From positions 1 to 64,000 of the IMG/VR virus record IMGVR_UViG_3300023179_000031: a stretch of DNA of 64,000 bases; one strand, written 5' to 3'. Position 1 is the stretch's first letter. Each line of letters begins with the position of its first letter. This DNA is from a virus. A program made the translations under genes and the position numbers. Positions 8,727 through 17,364 of the stretch are shown piece after piece. Under the pieces are notes generated by a model. That model made no database searches, was not told where the DNA came from, and saw only the letters and a program-made list of their open reading frames with translations.

Positions 8727-8801
8727 GGCCCGGTAGCCCAATTGGCAGTAGGCACGACACTTAAAATGTCGCAAGTATCAGTTCGAATCTGATCCGGGCT
8801 A
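8727..8801 (+). tRNA. tRNA-Leu(UAA), short variable loop, CCA not encoded
   Basis: Acceptor GGCCCGG/CCGGGCT-A; anticodon arm CGACA-CTTAAAA-TGTCG; T arm ATCAG-TTCGAAT-CTGAT. Confidence 0.9.
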
Positions 8802-8955
8802 GTCTAAAAACGATAAAATAATCCGGTCAAGAAGAAATAACAGACTCAAAAACTGGAGAATAACTAATGGCAGGACTTCTATTATTTATTTTATTAGGAT
8901 ATATGGTTTGTATACGAGTTTATGATTGGTGGAATGGGTATGGAGAATTATTCTA

Positions 8956-9249
8956 ATGAAAACTTTCAAAAATAAGACCGTTAAAGTTCTTGATAAAACA
9001 TTCTGCGATTGCTGCGGCAAGCAGTGTACAGACGATTTCTACAATGAACATGAAAATGCCACATTAGAAGCCTCTTGGGGCTATAATAGTAGTAGCGATG
9101 GCCAAAGGTTCAATATTGAATTGTGCGAAGACTGTTTCTATCAGACAGTACAATTCTTGAAAGAAAAAAGATTTTCACACTTTCAAGCGGAATTTAATGA
9201 GGAATGGGGTCTTGGAGAAAATGATCCATTTGATGGAATACGATACTAA
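8956..9249 (+). CDS. Hypothetical Zn-finger-like protein
   Basis: CDCC...LCEDC; GGAG RBS. Confidence 0.65.
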   Translation: MKTFKNKTVKVLDKTFCDCCGKQCTDDFYNEHENATLEASWGYNSSSDGQRFNIELCEDCFYQTVQFLKEKRFSHFQAEFNEEWGLGENDPFDGIRY

Positions 9250-9252
9250 ATC

Positions 9253-9654
9253 ATGATTAAACATCATTCTATAACTAAAACCGACAATGTTGAAAAGCTT
9301 TTTTCTGAAAAAGATGGAGTGAAAATAAATTATGTCTGCACAACTGAATTCAATGAGACTAAAACCGTAGCTGATATTTTTTACAGAGATACTCCTCATC
9401 CAAAATTTGGAAATAGGTATTTTGCTATATTTTTTCGTGGTGCCGATCCATATATTGCTAATGCTGACGATGTTGAAAAATTAACATTCGGCATGGTAGA
9501 AAATGACAATGGCGAATTAGAATACAGTACAAGCCGCCACGACTATAAATCTTTTAACAATGGAAATATGATTGATGGAGGGCGAGATTATATTAGATCA
9601 TCACCTAACATGAAAATTTATTTTGTTCGCAATGGAATTATGACGCATGAATAA
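9253..9654 (+). CDS. Conserved phage hypothetical protein
   Basis: YSTSRHDY...IDGGRDY motif. Confidence 0.7.
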   Translation: MIKHHSITKTDNVEKLFSEKDGVKINYVCTTEFNETKTVADIFYRDTPHPKFGNRYFAIFFRGADPYIANADDVEKLTFGMVENDNGELEYSTSRHDYKSFNNGNMIDGGRDYIRSSPNMKIYFVRNGIMTHE

Positions 9655-9862
9655 CTGGAAGCAAAAACAAAAAGAAAGCATTCAAGCTGGTTATAACCGA
9701 GCCAAACAATTAGCAGAAGAAATATGGTTTGAAGGAGATCATAATGGAACTCCCAATGACTTCTACTATTTTCAATGTGGTTTTGTGGCTGGATTAAATT
9801 ACCAAAGACTGAAGTCTTTAGAAGAGTTAAACGAACTTGATCAAGAACTAGGGTTCTCTTGA
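9647..9862 (+). CDS. Hypothetical protein
   Basis: Coupled ORF. Confidence 0.6.
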   Translation: MNNWKQKQKESIQAGYNRAKQLAEEIWFEGDHNGTPNDFYYFQCGFVAGLNYQRLKSLEELNELDQELGFS

Positions 9863-9895
9863 CAAACCAAAAATTTTTGTTAAACTACACCTACC

Positions 9896-10075
9896 ATGAG
9901 TACCGATAAACAAATAAACGTAGGGAAAGAGTTGGTCACAAGACTACAAAATCTGAATAAGATGCTGGAATCTATTAGATCAGCACAGTTTGATGAGTTG
10001 GAATTGCCAGAAATAGACGAAAAGAATAAGTCTACTGTAGAACCAAAAAAGTTGCCACAAAGGAAAGAAAAATGA
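9896..10075 (+). CDS. Small hypothetical protein (59 aa)
   Basis: Follows promoter TTGACA-16-TAAACT (9859-9886); ATGA overlap with the next gene. Confidence 0.55.
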   Translation: MSTDKQINVGKELVTRLQNLNKMLESIRSAQFDELELPEIDEKNKSTVEPKKLPQRKEK

Positions 10076-10326
10076 GTTGGAATCACAGAATAATCCGACA
10101 CATAGAACCAAGAACCCATATGGATGATGCTATTTATTATGCTATCCATGAAGTTTATTATGATGAGAATGGAAAAGTAAATGGTTGGACAGAAGAACCA
10201 ATTGAAATCATGGAAGAAAGCTTAGATGATTTAAAGATTACTATAGAGAGATTAGAAAAATGTTTGAATAGTCCAGTTATTGACTATGAAACAGGAGAGG
10301 ATATAATTAATCAAGAGCGGAATTAA
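10072..10326 (+). CDS. Hypothetical protein, paralog of 8211-8462
   Basis: WNHRI...HMDDAIYYAIHEVYY...WTEEP. Confidence 0.7.
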   Translation: MSWNHRIIRHIEPRTHMDDAIYYAIHEVYYDENGKVNGWTEEPIEIMEESLDDLKITIERLEKCLNSPVIDYETGEDIINQERN

Positions 10327-10449
10327 CTGCCACCACCGACTTGATCACCGGGAGGTAATGCCCTGTTGCTCTAATATCCGTATTGTTGAGATTTCTCACG
10401 CAGGGTATTAACCAACGATGATGGGGGCATTTGCAATACAAGGAAAATT

Positions 10450-10704
10450 ATGTACAGAACACAACTAACTCAAGAAACTCAACTAGAACATCTAAAAGCC
10501 CACTATGGACTTAGTTTAAATTTTGTTGAGGTTACAGTTCCTCTTACAGAAAATGAGATGGTTGATATTTGGGGAGAATGCTGTGATGAATATGAGCATG
10601 GTTGTTCTTTATGTAGAGTATGGCATCAGTGGCAAACTAATAATTATAAAGTAACTTTAGTAGTATCAAGAGATGCTATCGTAAAGGCAGTAAAGGAAGA
10701 TTGA
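10450..10704 (+). CDS. Hypothetical protein
   Basis: AAGGA RBS; CC...CxxC. Confidence 0.6.
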   Translation: MYRTQLTQETQLEHLKAHYGLSLNFVEVTVPLTENEMVDIWGECCDEYEHGCSLCRVWHQWQTNNYKVTLVVSRDAIVKAVKED

Positions 10705-10857
10705 ATGGAAGAAACTTATGACTAAACAACAAATTAATGGACATATCGAAGAATTACCTGACAGTAAAATACCTTGGTTTGATAATGAATATGAAGGTGT
10801 GTACAGTGATGATCCAGAACATGGATACCCCTATGATATGGGAACTAAAGTACAAGA

Positions 10858-11067
10858 ATGAAAAATAAAACAAAAGATCCACGCTTTGATATAGACACAT
10901 ATATCAATAAGCTTGAATCTACAATACAGCACCAAAAATATATAATTGAATCTTTGAAGAATGAAATAAGGACTCAAAGAAAAGAAATAGGCGCATTACG
11001 TGAAGAGCGTAGACGATATTTAGATGATGATAAACCTCCATATTTTGATTATGATTTACTAAAATGA
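10858..11067 (+). CDS. Coiled-coil hypothetical protein
   Basis: Heptad-like central region; coupled to the next ORF. Confidence 0.6.
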   Translation: MKNKTKDPRFDIDTYINKLESTIQHQKYIIESLKNEIRTQRKEIGALREERRRYLDDDKPPYFDYDLLK

Positions 11068-11411
11068 TAGAAGAATATGAAAACTGGGAAGATAGTATAA
11101 GACATACATTCATAGAATTGGCAGGATATATGGAAACTAATAAAATTGCACAACCTCTTGAAGCTATTATAGATTATGCATTGGCTAATGGGGCTGATTT
11201 GTTTTTTGTAAATAATGCTAGAGACGAACTAAAGAAACTGCGTGAAGAAGTCGATAATCTTCATAATCAGCTTGACAAACCCGTTGCGTGGGCTAGAATA
11301 AACAAACGCGGAGACTTGTATGATCCTAGACTTTGTTTAAATCCATACATTAACACGCAAGAGGTAGTTCCACTTTACGCATATAGAAAAGGACACAACA
11401 ATGAAACTTGA
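11064..11411 (+). CDS. Hypothetical protein
   Basis: Coupled ORF. Confidence 0.6.
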   Translation: MIEEYENWEDSIRHTFIELAGYMETNKIAQPLEAIIDYALANGADLFFVNNARDELKKLREEVDNLHNQLDKPVAWARINKRGDLYDPRLCLNPYINTQEVVPLYAYRKGHNNET

Positions 11412-11607
11412 AGTTTATAGTGTTGGTAGCAAGGTAAAGCTAGCAGAAGATATTGAGGGTACTATAGTTAGTGTTTGTATTCATGGCGACAATAGTGTAA
11501 CTTATGAGTGCGGATGGTGGAATGGTCGATCATATGACACTAGGTGGCTTTACCCAGATCAATTTGAGATTACTGTGGCTGAAAAGACAAAGATAGGCTT
11601 TGTTTGA
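11401..11607 (+). CDS. Small SH3-like/YodC-like hypothetical protein
   Basis: VGSKVKL...YECGWWNG pattern. Confidence 0.55.
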   Translation: MKLEVYSVGSKVKLAEDIEGTIVSVCIHGDNSVTYECGWWNGRSYDTRWLYPDQFEITVAEKTKIGFV

Positions 11608-11626
11608 TTAAACAATAACAAATTAT

Positions 11627-11700
11627 GCCCCAATAGCTCAATTGCATAGAGCAGGTCACTTCTAATGACAAGGTTGCAGGTTGGAGTCCTGCTTGGGGTA
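11627..11700 (+). tRNA. tRNA-Arg(UCU), CCA not encoded
   Basis: Acceptor GCCCCAA/TTGGGGT-A; D stem GCTC/GAGC; anticodon loop CTTCTAA; T arm GCAGG-TTGGAGT-CCTGC; A20 present. Confidence 0.88.
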
Positions 11701-11759
11701 CTTTTTATTATCTACTTAGAACATCTTAATTTTAAACCAAAGAAAAAAAGAAAACACTA

Positions 11760-11942
11760 ATGAAAACTCTAGCCATTATTCTAATCATAGGACTATGTAC
11801 GGTGGCAGGATGCAAAAAACAAAAGTGTACTTGCGAATGTGTCAAGTGTGGACCAGAATGCTACAATAAATGTGAAGATAACAGATGCTATCCCGGCGTA
11901 CAGTGCTGCGATAAATGTATTTGTAGGTTTTTATCTAAGTGA
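11760..11942 (+). CDS. Cys-rich putative lipoprotein
   Basis: Signal peptide with VAGC lipobox; mature part is very Cys-rich. Confidence 0.65.
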   Translation: MKTLAIILIIGLCTVAGCKKQKCTCECVKCGPECYNKCEDNRCYPGVQCCDKCICRFLSK

Positions 11943-12229
11943 AAAACATGAAGATACGCACAACTCATACATATGAATACGATCTAGTACGAACATGTTT
12001 TGCTTGTCCAGAGCAATATGATGTATACGATAAGCGTAATAGAAAAGTTGGATACCTAAGACTCAGACATGGAGAATTTAGGGCCGATTATCCTTTTTGT
12101 GGAGGAGAAACAGTCTATGAATCACATCCAGATGGAGATGGTATATTTGAAGATTATGAAAGGATATACGAACTAACCAAAGCTATAGAAGCTATTCACG
12201 CCAAACTTGTGATAGATAATAAAATATGA
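11939..12229 (+). CDS. Conserved phage hypothetical protein
   Basis: TCFACPEQYDV...VGYLRLRHG motif. Confidence 0.7.
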   Translation: MKNMKIRTTHTYEYDLVRTCFACPEQYDVYDKRNRKVGYLRLRHGEFRADYPFCGGETVYESHPDGDGIFEDYERIYELTKAIEAIHAKLVIDNKI

Positions 12230-12536
12230 TAGCTCAAGTTGTTAATTCTATACGTCGCCCAATATGTCCAACGTTTGTTCATGATGATCAAACAAGAATA
12301 ATAATATCATTGATTGGTATATGCCTGTTATCATATATCTTGTATAGAATACTAAATTATTTTAACTCATGAGGAAATATGGATAATAAGAAACTAATAG
12401 CCACGTTGTTGATTTTTATTGCTAGTATATTAATGATTAGTCATTATAGCAATATTGGTACTTTTTTTGGAGTATTTTTACTTTTGTGGGCAAATAATAT
12501 ATCACTTGCAGAACAGCTAAAGAAAGGTAAGTAATC

Positions 12537-12794
12537 ATGTATCACATTAAGACAGTTGATGAACTTAGGCACATTGGATATAAGGTACGTGTGAGGCATT
12601 TTAGACATTTAGATAGTAATAACACTATTCTTCCACGCGGTGGAGAAACCGTAGTTACTATTACTGACGAGCATGGTCACACTGTGGAAGGAATTTCTAA
12701 GTGTTCACCAAAAGATGGATTTAATAAAAAGATTGGCGTTGCTATTGCTATTGGCAGAGCTTTGAAAAGCGAAGAGAGCTATGTAAATAGATAG
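12537..12794 (+). CDS. Phage protein, N4 gp49-like fold
   Basis: GISKCSPKDGFNKKIGVAIAIGRA motif. Confidence 0.6.
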   Translation: MYHIKTVDELRHIGYKVRVRHFRHLDSNNTILPRGGETVVTITDEHGHTVEGISKCSPKDGFNKKIGVAIAIGRALKSEESYVNR

Positions 12795-12944
12795 TGTCTT
12801 TTGTTTGTAGAAGACCTATAATATATTGGGCAGGCGTAATGCAGGCCCGTGTTTAAAGTCACTGGAGACAGTCGCCACTTTCTTTTAAATGAGGGGCGAA
12901 TGTATTCATAGGCGAAGTTTTACTTTACCCTATGGAGGTGATTT

Positions 12945-13187
12945 ATGAGTTGTTTTTTTCTTGATCGTATTGATTCAAGTAATAGGCAAGATATACAAAA
13001 TAAGTATATACATGCCATTATATCTAGCATGGATTTTATGGAGATTAGGGATGCTTTGCGTGATTATCTAACCAAAGAGAAAAATAGATATACACACAAG
13101 CACCTATATAGAGAAATCAAAAAACAAAATCCTGAAATCCTGAGAGAAATGTTTCAAGATGATTACGTAGACACTCTAACAGATTAA
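12945..13187 (+). CDS. Hypothetical protein, tandem paralog 1
   Basis: GGAGGTG RBS; aligns with the next ORF. Confidence 0.7.
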   Translation: MSCFFLDRIDSSNRQDIQNKYIHAIISSMDFMEIRDALRDYLTKEKNRYTHKHLYREIKKQNPEILREMFQDDYVDTLTD

Positions 13188-13196
13188 GGTGATATC

Positions 13197-13445
13197 ATGA
13201 AAAACATTAAAGTTACAATTGAAAACAAGGCTTATATAACAAGGCGCTATGTTGATTATATAGTTTCTCATATGGATGAAATAGATATGCTAGAAAGTAT
13301 TAAAGATTACATCTATAGAGAGAAATTTAATTATCCAAATGCCACACTTGAAGTTGAGATCGGTAGACATTGCCCAGAGCTTTTACAGGATCACACAACT
13401 GAAGAGCTAGTTGGCAAAGGAGGAGAATATGCCAAGGCTATTTAA
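13197..13445 (+). CDS. Hypothetical protein, tandem paralog 2
   Basis: Shares Y..I.S.MD...DY...EK..Y....L..EI....PE.L with the previous ORF. Confidence 0.7.
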   Translation: MKNIKVTIENKAYITRRYVDYIVSHMDEIDMLESIKDYIYREKFNYPNATLEVEIGRHCPELLQDHTTEELVGKGGEYAKAI

Positions 13446-13671
13446 AAGAGTTGTCTCTTTTGCTGTAGAGGGAGAGATATACGACAATGAAACTAAACCA
13501 GAAGATATATTGAAGAACTATGAATGGAATTTTAAGGATTACAATGATGGAAAAGATAAGTGCTTTTTAGTATTTGAGCATAAAGATAGTAAGGGCAAAA
13601 TAACAAAAATGACCAAGCTATCTAAAATAAGTAAAGCCAAAAAACCAGACACTGAATACTTTATAGTTTAA
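13429..13671 (+). CDS. Hypothetical protein
   Basis: GGAGGAG RBS. Confidence 0.65.
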   Translation: MPRLFKRVVSFAVEGEIYDNETKPEDILKNYEWNFKDYNDGKDKCFLVFEHKDSKGKITKMTKLSKISKAKKPDTEYFIV

Positions 13672-13868
13672 AGAGGTGACTTATGACTACTATACCTTTG
13701 ATTTATTGGATTGGTGGAGCAGTAGCACTTTTAACATTAGTGTCTTTGTTCTACTTATACTCACATAATTTCTTTTTCTGCAAGCATACTAAATTGTAAG
13801 TAAACAATAGATTCTTATTACCCCCAACACGATGCCGTTAGGTTGGTTCTACTAGCCTAGCGGCATTA

Positions 13869-13880
13869 GTGTATATATTA
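13869..13880 (+). promoter_or_regulatory. Candidate phage late promoter (GTGTATA motif)
   Basis: GTGTATATATTA, identical at 17320-17331; follows a hairpin at about 13832-13867. Confidence 0.45.
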
Positions 13881-13914
13881 AAGGATTAATATATTAGCCA
13901 AATAAGGGGGTTAT

Positions 13915-14259
13915 ATGAAAAATTCTAGCACAATAACTGTACTCTTAATATCCTGTTTGATATCAATTTCTTCAGTTTTAGCATTTGAAATTCAACCAAA
14001 GAAAACATTACTCATTTTTTCAGCGGATTGGTGCCATTACTGCAAAGTGGCACAAAAAGACATGACGCAAGATATAAAACTATCTGAAATGATCAAGAAC
14101 TACGACATAATCGAATTGGACTACGACGTTGACAAAGACGTTGTAAGGGGCTATAATATCAAAGTCGTGCCATCGTTCGTAATCATGCATCAAGGCAAAG
14201 AGCTTGGACGCAAAACTGGATACAACGGGGCATCATCATTGTATAACTTTCTTAAATAA
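13915..14259 (+). CDS. Secreted thioredoxin-like protein
   Basis: Signal peptide; FSADWCHYC active site; cis-Pro VVP. Confidence 0.85.
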   Translation: MKNSSTITVLLISCLISISSVLAFEIQPKKTLLIFSADWCHYCKVAQKDMTQDIKLSEMIKNYDIIELDYDVDKDVVRGYNIKVVPSFVIMHQGKELGRKTGYNGASSLYNFLK

Positions 14260-14260
14260 T

Positions 14261-14614
14261 GGGGGCGTAAAGGTATCGATTGGATATAGAAAATTACATT
14301 AGCAAGTAGTAGGTGGTATGGTGGCTACTATAAAACCATACTAAACGCTTTAACTGGCGCAAATCAGTTAGCCCTTGCTGCTTAATAACTAAGCAGTAAC
14401 AGATTGCGATTGCGATGAAGGTAGCGGTCAAAAATCTGTCGTTAAATCCTTCGGCTCCCGTTAGTGGTGACGGTTAACGGGCCAAGATGTGTCACTAGGA
14501 ATGGTGAATGTTGTTCATTCTTTATCCATATCCGAATCTTTATGAATGAAATAAACTTGTAGAAAATGTAATCGGACATATCGCAAGACGGGGATTCGAC
14601 TTCCCCCGCCTCCA
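14261..14614 (+). ncRNA. ssrA: tmRNA; tag (A)GANQLALAA
   Basis: 5' GGGGGCG pairs with 3' CGCCTCC-A (G3.U70); T arm GGGGA-TTCGACT-TCCCC; tag ORF 14356-14385 ends LALAA-TAA. Confidence 0.93.
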
Positions 14615-14710
14615 CTGGAAATTTTAAGGTTGCAAAACGGAAATGACGATACTACAATGTAGTCAGTCTATCCGTAGGAAGCGTGATAGTTTTTAACTTA
14701 AGGAGAATTT

Positions 14711-14926
14711 ATGAAGACTTTTATTACATGTGTTGCTTTGTGTCTTTGTGTTTCAACCGTCAACGCTGGTGAGTGCGTTAATGGTAGCTGCAATCTTCGC
14801 AGCCGTACTGTTACCGTAGCCCGCGAGCTTATTAGCGTTCCTGTTGAGGTAACACGACGCACGGTAGAAGCTACGCGAAATGTTGGTCGCCGCACGGTTG
14901 CCCGCGTTCGAAGTGTTGTTCGTTGA
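14711..14926 (+). CDS. Small secreted Arg-rich protein with CxNGxC motif
   Basis: Signal peptide, GECVNGSC, Arg-rich tail; own promoter TTGCAA-17-TACAAT (14630-14658); AAGGAG RBS. Confidence 0.75.
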   Translation: MKTFITCVALCLCVSTVNAGECVNGSCNLRSRTVTVARELISVPVEVTRRTVEATRNVGRRTVARVRSVVR

Positions 14927-15019
14927 TATATAAACTGGAAAAGCAAATCCCCGATGCCTCTTAGCAATGCACACTTTCGGGGATCTTTTCCACTAACTTA
15001 AAATTTCAAGGAGGAAATA

Positions 15020-15358
15020 ATGAAAACTTTTTCTATTGCAATGTTTATCAGTTTTAGTTCAATTATTAGTGTTCATGCGGCTGGTCCAAAGTATTATTAT
15101 CCAACAAAAACTTATAGCTATACCACTAGCATTAACAATGGAAATGATCAAGAACGTTGTCAAGCAGAAGCTAATTATATGGCAGCTAATAACATTACTG
15201 GCCATGTTTGGGGCGTTATTGGTAGTTTTGAAGGAGTTGGTTATGGTTCTAGTCCTAATTGTAATACTTGTACTCCCGGTAATAACATGAGGCTAACAGG
15301 AGATGCATCGGCTCAAGGACGAAATGGAATGTGGTATAGAGTTAGATCTTGGAGATAA
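15020..15358 (+). CDS. Secreted protein, reduced CAP/SCP-like
   Basis: Signal peptide; A..MA....GH...FEGVG...C...GRNGMWY pattern. Confidence 0.6.
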   Translation: MKTFSIAMFISFSSIISVHAAGPKYYYPTKTYSYTTSINNGNDQERCQAEANYMAANNITGHVWGVIGSFEGVGYGSSPNCNTCTPGNNMRLTGDASAQGRNGMWYRVRSWR

Positions 15359-15439
15359 TGTTAGTTGTGTTAACTGCTTGTATAATAATGTGGGACTTGA
15401 TATTATTTATTTTGATCATATCTTATCTGGCAAAAATCA

Positions 15440-15970
15440 ATGATAGACCACAATAAACTTGGACTAAGTATTTATCCAGACTTTATCACGGATGAAGAAC
15501 ATAGCGATTTGATAGAAGAAATACAACAAGAGCTACAAAAAGCTAAACCATCAAATAAGTATATAGATAGAAATCGTGTGCTTAGATATGGATCAACTGA
15601 AGTATGTCACAACAACTATCAAACAAATCTTTTCCCATCATATATAGATAAAATATCAGAAAAACTAGTTCAAAGCAATATTGTATCAAATAAACCAGAT
15701 GCTATTAATATAAATGAATACATTGTAAATGATTATATTGCTCCACATATAGATAGAAGGGCTAGTGGACCCGTAGTAACTATCTTAAGTGTCAATTCCT
15801 CCGCAACTATGCTATTTGAAAAGGTAGGAACAAATGACAGATTTGAGATCGAATTACTTCCAAAAATGATTGTTCAGTTAAGGAATACTATTAGATGGTC
15901 ATGGAAACATTCAATATATCCAGTAAAAGATCTTAGATACTCCATTGTTTTTAGAAACAAAAATGAGTAA
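15440..15970 (+). CDS. AlkB-like 2OG-Fe(II) dioxygenase
   Basis: INEY...IAPHID...WKHSI...RYSIVFR. Confidence 0.85.
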   Translation: MIDHNKLGLSIYPDFITDEEHSDLIEEIQQELQKAKPSNKYIDRNRVLRYGSTEVCHNNYQTNLFPSYIDKISEKLVQSNIVSNKPDAININEYIVNDYIAPHIDRRASGPVVTILSVNSSATMLFEKVGTNDRFEIELLPKMIVQLRNTIRWSWKHSIYPVKDLRYSIVFRNKNE

Positions 15971-16355
15971 AACAAGTAAAGAAACCATCAAATTTAGACA
16001 TGAGCAAGTAGATAAATACAAATTATCTGTAGGATGTTGTGTTTGTGGGTATAATAAGCATCCATCGGCATTATGTTTTGATCATTTGCCAGAGCATGAT
16101 AAATCAGAATTAACAAAGAACGGATGCTCAAAAAGGACTTGTGCTGGTGGCATGTATCGGCTATACTACAAATCTGTGGAAGCAAAAGATTTAGTAGACG
16201 AAATCAAAAAATGCAGGGTTATGTGTTCTAATTGCCATATGGAAATAACACACTCAAAAAACAGTAGAACAATAGATAATATCGAAAGCAAGATATCAAT
16301 AGAGCAACTAGAAACATCTTTAATGGAGTTTGAAAATGAGCAAATTATACGTTGA
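15963..16355 (+). CDS. HNH-like Zn-binding endonuclease
   Basis: GCCVCG...FDH...EIKKCRVMCSNCH. Confidence 0.7.
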   Translation: MSKTSKETIKFRHEQVDKYKLSVGCCVCGYNKHPSALCFDHLPEHDKSELTKNGCSKRTCAGGMYRLYYKSVEAKDLVDEIKKCRVMCSNCHMEITHSKNSRTIDNIESKISIEQLETSLMEFENEQIIR

Positions 16356-16566
16356 TCCACCTTCTGGTTGGCAATATAACTTCCCTAAGATTTGGGATAG
16401 CGAAAAATATCCAGACATGAGAAAGTGGCTTGTTGATAATGGATACTCACAATCTATGATAGACAAGATGGGAGAAAGATTTTATTGCAGATTTTGGAAC
16501 GCTGACGATGAAGAAGTCGCTCAGCATGAAAAAAACGAAAGCACAAACCCAGCAGGCGAAGTATAA
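16336..16566 (+). CDS. Conserved phage hypothetical protein
   Basis: VDPPSGWQYNFPK motif. Confidence 0.7.
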   Translation: MSKLYVDPPSGWQYNFPKIWDSEKYPDMRKWLVDNGYSQSMIDKMGERFYCRFWNADDEEVAQHEKNESTNPAGEV

Positions 16567-16601
16567 TAAGCTGTGGCCCGCTACTTGTTAAAGAGTTTTC
16601 A

Positions 16602-17060
16602 ATGACAATACATGTTTTTTATTACATTATATTGGTTTTTGTGCTAATATTAACCAATACATTAATGTGGAATAAAGTTGTCAAAGAACTCAGACGTATG
16701 AATATGCGAACAATTCATCCGTCTAATTTAAAAGCAATATTTGTTCGTTCTAAGAGAGGGGATACTAAAATGCTAGTATATAATGTTACAGCCGGTTCGG
16801 TAGTTGATAATGATGTTATTGAGAGAAGACTTGCGGTTAGTGTGAATGGAGAAGTTGTAGGTACGAGTACACATCCAAGTGATACAACTTCGTTTGGTGA
16901 ACTTGTATTTTCTGATAATGATAATGTGGTTCTTACTCTGGTTGACGTTGATGATGCTGGGAATGTTAGTTCTCCAGCCACATTTGAATTCGTGGCCGCT
17001 GACACAATTGCTCCAGCCAAGCCGGGAGAATTTGGTGTTACTTTGGTGCGTGAAGAATAA
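16602..17060 (+). CDS. Membrane-anchored protein with Ig/FN3-like beta domain
   Basis: N-terminal TM segment; VDVDDAGNVS...DTIAPAKPG; an alternative start at 16770 is possible. Confidence 0.55.
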   Translation: MTIHVFYYIILVFVLILTNTLMWNKVVKELRRMNMRTIHPSNLKAIFVRSKRGDTKMLVYNVTAGSVVDNDVIERRLAVSVNGEVVGTSTHPSDTTSFGELVFSDNDNVVLTLVDVDDAGNVSSPATFEFVAADTIAPAKPGEFGVTLVREE

Positions 17061-17086
17061 TCTTATTTATACAACTTAAACCACTT

Positions 17087-17117
17087 GGGGGATGACTAAA
17101 CATCATCCCTCATTTTA
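17087..17117 (+). terminator. Rho-independent terminator
   Basis: GGGGGATGA-ctaaaca-TCATCCCTC followed by ATTTTATT. Confidence 0.6.
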
Positions 17118-17119
17118 TT

Positions 17120-17311
17120 ATGCGTACATCTATAAAACTTGATAAAAACATAGGCTGTGAATATATCTGCAAAAATGTGCAGGAATTGATATCTAAATAT
17201 GCACAGTCTAACCAGCTAAATAGAGACTCCATACTCATTATTGAGCTTAAAAATATAGTGGATTATGAAGAAATCAAAACTCTAAATATAGGCTTTACAG
17301 AAGAGGGGTAG
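17120..17311 (+). CDS. Hypothetical protein
   Basis: 63 aa ORF. Confidence 0.5.
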   Translation: MRTSIKLDKNIGCEYICKNVQELISKYAQSNQLNRDSILIIELKNIVDYEEIKTLNIGFTEEG

Positions 17312-17364
17312 AGATAAAAGTGTATATATTATAAGGCCACCTTAACCACTAAAAAGGCTTTATA

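Noticed and set aside
11659-11665. Amber suppressor (CUA) reading of the anticodon loop, or stop-codon recoding
   Set aside because: The 7-nt loop CTTCTAA centres on TCT (Arg) and A20 is present. Long genes are intact in the standard code, and TAA, TAG and TGA all serve as stops.
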